Shown here: one piece after another, positions 57,508 to 64,000 of the stretch
Numbering within the stretch: the stretch's first letter is position 1
Layout of the letters: every line of letters begins with the position of its first letter
NCBI GenBank assembly: GCA_033764875.1
Contig: JANRIO010000011.1
Coordinates: 6,405-70,404, forward strand
Source of the DNA: Hyphomicrobiaceae bacterium
Lineage (GTDB): Bacteria; Pseudomonadota; Alphaproteobacteria; Rhizobiales; Hyphomicrobiaceae
Reading direction: 5' to 3'
Length of the DNA stretch: 64,000 nucleotides
Notes under the pieces: model-generated
What the model was told of the DNA's origin: nothing
The model's input: the letters and a program-made list of their open reading frames with translations, nothing else
The model's database searches: none
Translations under genes and position numbers: made by a program

Positions 57508-58368
57508 ATGGCGCCTCGCTCCAGTTGGAAGGGCTATCTGAAGCTGAGCCTCGTCTCGGCCTCGGTCGCCCTTTATCCCGCCACCTCCTCCACCGAGAAG
57601 GTCCGCTTCAACATGTTGAACCGCGAGACCGGCAATCGGCTCAAGCGGCAGATGGTCGACGCCGTCACCGGCGACGTGGTCGACAGCGAGGCGCAGATCA
57701 GGGGCTTCGCGATCGGCAAGGACACCTATGTCACCGTCGAGGACGAGGAGCTGGCCGAGATAGCGCTCGAGAGCACGCACACCATCGACATCGAGAAGTT
57801 CGTGCCCAAGGCCACCATCGACGACCGCTATCGCGACACGCCCTACTACATCGCGCCCGAGGACCAGGTGGGTCAGGAGGCCTTTGCCGTGATCCGCGAC
57901 GCCATGCGCACCAAGAAGGTGGTTGGCATCGCTCGTGTGGTCATGGCCCGCCGCGAGCGCATCATGATGATCGAGCCGCTCGGCAAGGGCCTGATGGGCA
58001 CCACGCTGCACTACGCCGACGAGGTCCGGGGCGAGGACAGCGCCTTCGAGGAGATCCCGGACATGAAGCTCCCGGCCCAGATGATCGGCCTCGCCGAGGA
58101 CATCGTCGACAAGATGACGGGCAAGTTCGACGCCGAGGAGTTCAAGGATCGCTACGAGGAGGCCATGGTCGCCCTCATCCGCTCCAAGGAGGCCGGCGTT
58201 CCCGTCAAGGCGCACAAGCCCGCGTCGCGTCCATCCAACGTCGTCAATCTCCTTGACGCTCTGCGCCGCAGCGTCGAGGGCGCCGGTCGCGCCGCGCCGG
58301 CCGCTGCAGCCCGCGACAAGCCCAAGGCGCGGGCCAAGCCCGGCGCCAAGCGCAAGGCGCGGGGCTGA
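57508..58368 (+). CDS. ku: Non-homologous end-joining protein Ku
   Basis: MAPRSSWKGYLKLSLVSASVALYPATS N-terminus, a Ku core, and a basic C-terminal tail KPKARAKPGAKRKARG. Confidence 0.9.
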   Translation: MAPRSSWKGYLKLSLVSASVALYPATSSTEKVRFNMLNRETGNRLKRQMVDAVTGDVVDSEAQIRGFAIGKDTYVTVEDEELAEIALESTHTIDIEKFVPKATIDDRYRDTPYYIAPEDQVGQEAFAVIRDAMRTKKVVGIARVVMARRERIMMIEPLGKGLMGTTLHYADEVRGEDSAFEEIPDMKLPAQMIGLAEDIVDKMTGKFDAEEFKDRYEEAMVALIRSKEAGVPVKAHKPASRPSNVVNLLDALRRSVEGAGRAAPAAAARDKPKARAKPGAKRKARG

Positions 58369-58371
58369 CGC

Positions 58372-58617
58372 GTGGCGAGGAAGCCGGTCCGCTCCGAGGT
58401 GCGCCGGCTTGTCGCCTTCGATCGCGAGACCTATCAGGCGCTGCACCAGCTCTCGCTCGATCGCTCGGCCTCGTTGCAGGAGCTTGCCGACGAGGCCTTC
58501 CGCGATCTGTTGCGGAAGCACCGTCGCCCCGTCGGCCTTCGCGACATGCTGCGCCAGAGCGCGCGCCTGCTGCCCTCCAACGACGCGCCAGCCGCGGGCA
58601 AGCGCCGCCGCACATAG
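58372..58617 (+). CDS. Ribbon-helix-helix (CopG/Arc/MetJ-like) small DNA-binding protein
   Basis: GTG start 3 nt after the ku stop. RRLVAFDRETYQALHQLSLDRSASLQELADEAFRDLL fits a strand-helix-helix pattern. Confidence 0.5.
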   Translation: MARKPVRSEVRRLVAFDRETYQALHQLSLDRSASLQELADEAFRDLLRKHRRPVGLRDMLRQSARLLPSNDAPAAGKRRRT

Positions 58618-58866
58618 TCGGGCGGGCGGCCCCGCTCTCTTCGCCCCTGGCGCCGCGGGTCGGAGCATGCTTCCGAGTGCGGTCACCAAGCAACAACGCG
58701 CGCAAATCCGAAGATCGAGACACGGATGAAATGTGCCGGGAGCGCCGCGCATGCGCGCGCCGAAAGGGGGCCGGTGGCGGTTCCCTGCCGCTGCGGCGGG
58801 CAAGGGTTGCGGGTGGCGATACGGGCTCGCTCGACGGCGCAACGGATAAGATTGCAGCGCGGCGTC

Positions 58867-58880
58867 GGATTGCATGCGCA
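58867..58880 (+). promoter_or_regulatory. Conserved motif GGATTGCATGCGCA, copy 1 (candidate operator, ~138 nt upstream of the decayed cheS start)
   Basis: The identical 14-mer recurs at 61590-61603, about 142 nt upstream of the intact cheS start. Both are followed by an AT-rich tract. Confidence 0.35.
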
Positions 58881-58934
58881 TTATGTCAAGTCTTATAGCC
58901 TACAGATAAATAGATACTAGAAAACAAATTCCAT

Positions 58935-58949
58935 TTAAGGAATATTTAC
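58935..58949 (+). promoter_or_regulatory. CtrA-box-like site TTAA-N7-TTAC
   Basis: ttaaggaatatttac lies within the AT-rich tract upstream of the mcp/che genes. The CtrA consensus is TTAA-N7-TTAA. Confidence 0.2.
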
Positions 58950-59004
58950 CCTAAAAATCAAATATTGATCCGCGCGGACGCGCTTCGGATGAAGGCGACA
59001 AATC

Positions 59005-59340
59005 GTGACGGCTAACTCGGTTCATCTATGGGAGTTGTCGACCGCCTCGCTCGCGGCATGGAAGCCCGCGCTTCGGCCGGGCATCGACGTCGACGCCGCA
59101 GCCTCGCGCGTCGGCGGCGCGGGCGTCCAGCTCTTCGGTGCTCGAGGGTCTGAAAGGCGCAGGCTTCTTCGACGGCGCCGGCGCGTACGTACTGGCTGCA
59201 GCACAAGGAGTGAGCTCGATAAGCGCGTCGGCTCTCACGGTGGAGGCGCTGCGCGGCCCGATCGGCCTCGCAATCGACGCTCACCCCGCTGCAACACGAC
59301 ACCGCCGCCTGAAAGCCCCAGCCAAGCGCCTCCTATGAGG
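59005..59340 (+). pseudogene. Decayed cheS-like (STAS) gene copy with an out-of-frame internal deletion
   Basis: Codons 1-55 align with cheS at 61732 (GTG..GCT...CAT...GAGTTGTCGA.CGC.TCG...GCGGGCGTCCAGCTC). About 68 nt net are then missing. The homologous VLEGLKGAGFFD (compare LLEVLKSAGFLD) continues in the +1 frame. Confidence 0.65.
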
Positions 59341-59430
59341 ACGACGCTGAACTCGCGTACAGCGCGTGAGCGTTGGACCCCTGATCTCTCATGCGACACC
59401 TCTGCCACTGACTGAGCTTGCGACCACTCA

Positions 59431-61152
59431 TTGGAGAACATTGCCATGCGGTTTACCATCAAGACCAAGTTGATTGGCGGTTTTGCGCTGTTGCTCGTTT
59501 TGCTGGCCGCTGTTGCGGCATTTGGCGTCTCAAACGTCGGCGTCATGCGCCAGTCGCTGATCGAGACCATCGAAGGTCCCGCAAAGCGTCTCGAGCTCGG
59601 CTACGCATCTTACGCCGACATGCTGGAATCCATGCGGACGCAGAAGAACGCGATGCTCCTCTCCACACCGGAGGACGTCGCGCGATACCTCGCACGCAGC
59701 GAGGAGGCGCGCAGGGCGATGCTTGCGGAGATCGACCGCGGACTGAAGTCCGCATCTGATGCGCGCCGTGAGACCTGGTCGCAGCTGAGGGCGTCCGCGG
59801 ACCGGTATGTGCAGGCCGACGACCAAAGCCGCAAGATCCTGCTCTCTGGCGACAAGGCCGGGGCGATTGCCTACTCCCTCGATACGCTGCGGATCGCTGC
59901 CGATGATCTCACGAAGAGGCTCAAGGACGTCGTCGACTACAACGTCCATGCCATGAAGGATGCTGCCGAGCATGCCAATCAGCAGTATGCCGCCGCCCGC
60001 ACGATGCTCTGGTCGGTCGCGCTTGGCGCTCTGGTCATCTCGATCGGGATCGCGGTCTGGCTCATTCTCGGCATAAGCCATGGGCTCAAACTGATTGCGA
60101 ACGCCATGCAGAGCGTCTCCGAAGGCGACCTGACCAAGACCGTGTCAGTCTCGACCAACGACGAGATCAAGGATCTCGTCGTCACCCTGAACGCCATGGT
60201 CGAGCGCCTGCGCGGCGTGGTAGGCGACGCCATTGCCGCAGCCGACAACGTCTCCTCGGGCAGCCAGCAGCTCTCCTCGGCCGCCGAGCAGGTGAGCCAG
60301 GGTGCCACCGAGCAGGCCGCGTCCGCCGAGGAGGCCTCCGCCTCCATGGAGGAGATGGCGGCCAACATCAAGCAGAACGCCGACAACGCCGCCCAGACCG
60401 AGAAGATCGCCCGCCAGTCGTCGAAGGACGCCGAGGCGAGCGGCGAGGCGGTGACGCGTGCCGTGTCGGCCATGCGCACCATCGCCGAGAAGATCTCGAT
60501 CGTGCAGGAGATCGCGCGCCAGACCGATCTGCTCGCCCTCAACGCCGCGGTCGAAGCCGCGCGTGCCGGCGAGCACGGCAAGGGCTTCGCGGTGGTGGCC
60601 TCGGAAGTTCGCAAGCTCGCCGAGCGCAGCCAGACGGCGGCCGCCGAGATCAGCGGCCTCTCGGGCAGCACGGTGAAGACGGCCCAGGAGGCCGGCGAGA
60701 TGCTGACCCGCCTGGTGCCCGACATCCGCAAGACGGCCGAGCTCGTGTCCGAGATCAGTGCCTCCTGCCGCGAGCAGGATGTGGGTGCATCTCAGATCAA
60801 CGAGGCGATCCAGCAGCTCGACAAGGTGACGCAGCAGAACGCGAGCGCCTCTGAGCAGATGTCGTCGACCTCCGAGGAGCTGGCGGCGCAGGCCGAGGAG
60901 CTTCAGACCTCGATCGCCTTCTTCCGCGTCGACGGCGCCGACGACCGGGCCCCCGAGGTTGCAGCCAGCCGCAAGCCCGTCGCGAAAGCCGCGCCTCGTG
61001 CGAAGGCCGGCGGAGCCGGCAAGGCGAGGAAGCCTGCAGCCGCCAAGCGCGGCTCGGTCGGGGAGCTTCAGTCCCGCGTCAAGGGCTTCGCGCTCGACCT
61101 CAAGATGGGCGGCCCCGACAAGGAGGACGCCGAGTTCAAGCAGAGCGCGTGA
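59431..61152 (+). CDS. Methyl-accepting chemotaxis protein (two TM helices, periplasmic 4-helix-bundle-type sensor, HAMP, MA domain)
   Basis: TM1 [22 protein letters not shown]2 [28 protein letters not shown]. Signalling hairpin [41 protein letters not shown]. Confidence 0.9.
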   Translation: MENIAMRFTIKTKLIGGFALLLVLLAAVAAFGVSNVGVMRQSLIETIEGPAKRLELGYASYADMLESMRTQKNAMLLSTPEDVARYLARSEEARRAMLAEIDRGLKSASDARRETWSQLRASADRYVQADDQSRKILLSGDKAGAIAYSLDTLRIAADDLTKRLKDVVDYNVHAMKDAAEHANQQYAAARTMLWSVALGALVISIGIAVWLILGISHGLKLIANAMQSVSEGDLTKTVSVSTNDEIKDLVVTLNAMVERLRGVVGDAIAAADNVSSGSQQLSSAAEQVSQGATEQAASAEEASASMEEMAANIKQNADNAAQTEKIARQSSKDAEASGEAVTRAVSAMRTIAEKISIVQEIARQTDLLALNAAVEAARAGEHGKGFAVVASEVRKLAERSQTAAAEISGLSGSTVKTAQEAGEMLTRLVPDIRKTAELVSEISASCREQDVGASQINEAIQQLDKVTQQNASASEQMSSTSEELAAQAEELQTSIAFFRVDGADDRAPEVAASRKPVAKAAPRAKAGGAGKARKPAAAKRGSVGELQSRVKGFALDLKMGGPDKEDAEFKQSA

Positions 61153-61589
61153 AGGCGCCTGCCACCGGTGAGGATCTGAGCCTCGGCAGATCGAGACTGG
61201 GCTGCCTGCACCATCTGCGCGCTCGGCACCGCAGCATCCTGCGGGCCGCGCGCGAAGATGTCGGCGCTGGCCTCCCGCTGCAGCTTCTGTCTGAGATGAG
61301 GCACGATCTGAGCGCTTCGCGGCGGGACCGGAACGACGCTTAACGCTGCGCGAACCACTAAATCAGAACACTGATGAATTCCGCTGGCAAAGCTGCGCAT
61401 GGTTCCGCGCCGTCGCACTGGGGGACCCCGGCGGCGGTGATCGCCCGGCGAAGTCGTGCCTGCAGGGACTGCGCGAACGGCGAGTCGCCCTGCTGGTCCT
61501 CCGCCGCGATTCGAGGGGCAGGTTGCTGTGGCTTTTCGGATTTGATGCATCCAAAATCGCCGACAGAAAACAATAACAGATGCAGTGAA

Positions 61590-61603
61590 GGATTGCATGC
61601 GCA
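61590..61603 (+). promoter_or_regulatory. Conserved motif GGATTGCATGCGCA, copy 2 (upstream of cheS-cheY-cheA)
   Basis: Same 14-mer as at 58867-58880. Here it extends to the imperfect palindrome ATTGCatgcGCAAT and is followed by an AT-rich tract. Confidence 0.35.
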
Positions 61604-61731
61604 ATGAGGAGATGGAATGTAGACAGATTAAATTATCGTGTCAAAAAGAATATACATATTTAGGATTTATTCACCAAGAAGGCCAACTATCAATCTATAT
61701 GCGCGTGCTCCGGGACGAATAGGGGGAAATC

Positions 61732-62040
61732 GTGAAGGCTGGTTCCATCCATTTTGAAGAGTTGTCGATCGCATCGATCGCCGCGTCCAAATCCGCGCTC
61801 CTGGCTTCGATCGATCAGCACGACGTCGTTTCCGTTGATATCGATGCTGATGCATCGCGCGTCGATGTTGCGGGCGTCCAGCTCGTCATTTCCGCCCGCC
61901 ACTACGCGGAGATGAAGACGAAATCCGTCCGCCTTGCCAGCCCGGCGCAGGGCGCGTTGCTCGAGGTACTGAAGAGTGCCGGCTTTCTCGACACTGTCGA
62001 GGACCGCGCCTTCTGGTTGCACAGGGAGAATATCCAATGA
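61732..62040 (+). CDS. cheS: STAS-domain chemotaxis protein, CheS-like (position equivalent to S. meliloti orf2/cheS)
   Basis: 102 aa with a GTG start. Sits between mcp and cheY as in rhizobial che operons. 4-nt overlap with cheY. Confidence 0.6.
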   Translation: MKAGSIHFEELSIASIAASKSALLASIDQHDVVSVDIDADASRVDVAGVQLVISARHYAEMKTKSVRLASPAQGALLEVLKSAGFLDTVEDRAFWLHRENIQ

Positions 62041-62405
62041 GCGCGTCCATACTCACAGTCGACGATTCGCAGAGTCTGCGCGTGGCGGTGAAGATCGCTC
62101 TCACGTCCGTCGGCTATTCCGTGACGGAGGCCTGCGACGGCGCCGAGGGGCTGCACAAGGCCAGCGAGGGCAGCTTCGATCTCATCATCACCGATCTCAA
62201 CATGCCCGTGATGGACGGGCTCACCATGATCGAGAGCATGCGCAAGGTGCCCAAGCTCGCCGGCGTGCCGATCATCTTCCTCACGACGGAATCCGATGCC
62301 GGCATGAAGCAGCGCGCCAAGACCGCCGGCGCCACCGGCTGGGTGACCAAGCCGTTCCAGCCTGAAGGCCTCGTCAAGATCGTGAAGAAGGTTCTCGGCA
62401 AATGA
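62037..62405 (+). CDS. cheY: Chemotaxis response regulator CheY
   Basis: ILTVDDSQSLR...DLIITDLNMPVMDG...TTES...KPF. Confidence 0.9.
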   Translation: MSASILTVDDSQSLRVAVKIALTSVGYSVTEACDGAEGLHKASEGSFDLIITDLNMPVMDGLTMIESMRKVPKLAGVPIIFLTTESDAGMKQRAKTAGATGWVTKPFQPEGLVKIVKKVLGK

Positions 62406-64000
62406 GCGACAGCACCGATCCTATTGCCATATTCCGCACCGAGGCCGACGAGCTGCTCGAGAAGATCGAGCAGGGCCTGCTCGATCTCTCCGTCGATCCG
62501 GAGAACAAGGCCATCCTCAACGACACTTTCCGCAGCCTTCACACCCTGAAGGGCTCGGGCGCCATGTTCGGCTTCGACGCCCTGGCCGCTTTCACGCACC
62601 ACTGCGAGAACGCCTTCGACCGCATCCGCAAGGGCGAGATCAGGGCGACTGAGGACTTGATCTCGGTCGTCCTTGCCGCCAAGGATCATATGCGCGCCCT
62701 GATAGAGGGCGGCGCCGATCTCGCGCACGGCGCCGGGCTGCTCGCCCGTCTCGAGCGCGAGGTGGCGATTGCCTCCGGCGCGGCGCCAGCGCCCGAGGCG
62801 CCCGCGGCCGACGCCCGCGTGGCGTGGCGCATCCGCTTCCGTCTCCCCTTGAACGCGCTCGCTAACGGCTGCAACCCGCTGGCCCTCTTGGCGGAGATGC
62901 GCGATCTCGGCGAGGTCCGCGTCGTCGCCGATGCCGCTGCCGTGCCGCCCCTCGACAGCCTCGAGCCGACCGAGTGCCATCTGGCCTGGACCGTCGACAT
63001 CCTCACCGACAAGCCGCGCAGCGCCATCGAGGAGGTGTTCATCTTCGTGATCGACGATATGGAGCTTGCCATCGAGCAGGTCGCCGCCGGCGACCGTCCC
63101 GCGGTCGCGGAGCCGGCCGCAACGGCCACATCGGTGGCGTCGCCGCAGCCGGCGCAGGCCGCTCCTGCCGCCACTGCCTCGAGCCAGACCACTGCCGCCG
63201 CGCCGACGGGCGCAGGCGATGCGCGCGCCCCCGCCGGCGAGAGCGTGCGCGTTCCCGCCGAGCGCCTCGACGAGCTGATGGACCGTGTCGGCGAGCTGGT
63301 CATCGCGCAGTCGCGCCTGAGCCAGATCGCGGCCTCGAGCCTTGATCTCAACCTGCGCGCCGTCTCCGAGGACATCGAGCGCCTCTCCAACGAGCTGCGC
63401 AACACCATGATGGTGCTGCGCATGGTGCCCGTCGGCACGCTCTTCGGCCGCTTCCGCCGCCTCGTGCACGATCTGTCGCGCGAGACCGGCAAGTCCATCG
63501 CCCTCACCACCGAGGGCGAGTCGACCGAGGTCGACAAGACCGTCGTCGAGCGCCTCGCGGATCCGCTGGTGCATCTTGTGCGCAACGCCGTCGACCACGG
63601 CCTCGAGACGCCCGAGCAGCGCGCGGCGGCCGGCAAGCCCGAGACCGGCCAGGTTCGCCTGTCCGCCCGCCAGGCCGGCGGCGAGGTGGTCATCTCCATC
63701 TCTGACGACGGCCGCGGCATCGACCGCCAGCGCGTGCGCGAGAAGGCCGAGACCCAGGGCCTCATCGTCCCCGGCGCCAAGCTCAGCGACCAGGACGTGC
63801 TGCAGCTCATCTTCCAGCCCGGCTTCTCCACTGCCGCCGCCATCACCAACCTGTCGGGCCGCGGCGTCGGCATGGACGTCGTCAAGCGCACCGTCGAGGC
63901 GCTGCGCGGCTCGATCGACATCGCCACCGACATGGGCCGCGGCGCCGACATCTCGCTCCGCATCCCGCTCACGCTCGCCATCATCGACGGCCTGCTGGTG
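62402..64000 (+). CDS. cheA: Chemotaxis histidine kinase CheA (5' part; continues beyond the window)
   Basis: P1/Hpt FRSLHTLKGSGAMFGF. P3-P4 motifs (VRVPAERLDELMDRVGELVI, DPLVHLVRNAVDHG, DDGRGI, GRGVGMDVV). ATGA overlap with cheY. Not in the ORF track because there is no stop in the window. Confidence 0.9.
   Translation, partial: MSDSTDPIAIFRTEADELLEKIEQGLLDLSVDPENKAILNDTFRSLHTLKGSGAMFGFDALAAFTHHCENAFDRIRKGEIRATEDLISVVLAAKDHMRALIEGGADLAHGAGLLARLEREVAIASGAAPAPEAPAADARVAWRIRFRLPLNALANGCNPLALLAEMRDLGEVRVVADAAAVPPLDSLEPTECHLAWTVDILTDKPRSAIEEVFIFVIDDMELAIEQVAAGDRPAVAEPAATATSVASPQPAQAAPAATASSQTTAAAPTGAGDARAPAGESVRVPAERLDELMDRVGELVIAQSRLSQIAASSLDLNLRAVSEDIERLSNELRNTMMVLRMVPVGTLFGRFRRLVHDLSRETGKSIALTTEGESTEVDKTVVERLADPLVHLVRNAVDHGLETPEQRAAAGKPETGQVRLSARQAGGEVVISISDDGRGIDRQRVREKAETQGLIVPGAKLSDQDVLQLIFQPGFSTAAAITNLSGRGVGMDVVKRTVEALRGSIDIATDMGRGADISLRIPLTLAIIDGLLV

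Noticed and set aside
58372-58617. RHH protein as the antitoxin of a toxin-antitoxin pair
   Set aside because: No toxin-sized ORF with a protein-like sequence follows or precedes it. It is coupled to ku instead.
61068-61604. 178-aa minus-strand ORF in the mcp-cheS intergenic region
   Set aside because: Its composition is low-complexity and Arg/Pro-rich. It overlaps the mcp 3' end and the conserved promoter motif, so it is more likely non-coding regulatory DNA.

Overview
High-GC chromosomal segment that looks alphaproteobacterial (Rhizobiales-like), judged from protein families, repeat types and an S. meliloti-style che operon head. It is densely coding, and the many long antisense ORFs in the track are GC-driven shadows. 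Supported content, in order: a glycosyltransferase; infC, probably with a non-ATG start; an orphan TRAP binding protein; an L,D-transpeptidase; several hydrolases; an acyl-CoA ligase; a BVMO-SDR-esterase-LLM-IclR catabolic module bounded by repeats and an IS5 remnant; xsc; hsp20; tRNA-Pro(CGG); a CaCA antiporter; a ten-gene translationally coupled Mrp-like cluster in E-F-G-A'-B-C-D-D-x-D order; otsB plus an otsA with an extra N-terminal membrane module; FadL, an alpha-oxoamine synthase and an exported methyltransferase converging on an Hpt / hybrid kinase / RR phosphorelay; two tandem REC-GGDEF-EAL paralogs; puuE plus a flavin monooxygenase; DUF302/DUF3179; ku plus a coupled RHH gene; and an mcp-cheS-cheY-cheA operon head with a duplicated promoter and a decayed cheS copy. 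I saw no CRISPR array, rRNA, prophage or recognisable defence system. The best candidates for new biology are the alpha-oxoamine-synthase/phosphorelay/c-di-GMP locus, the Mbh-like Mrp cluster, the membrane-anchored OtsA, and a structured ~130-bp repeat family. All functional calls rest on by-eye motif recognition and need database confirmation.
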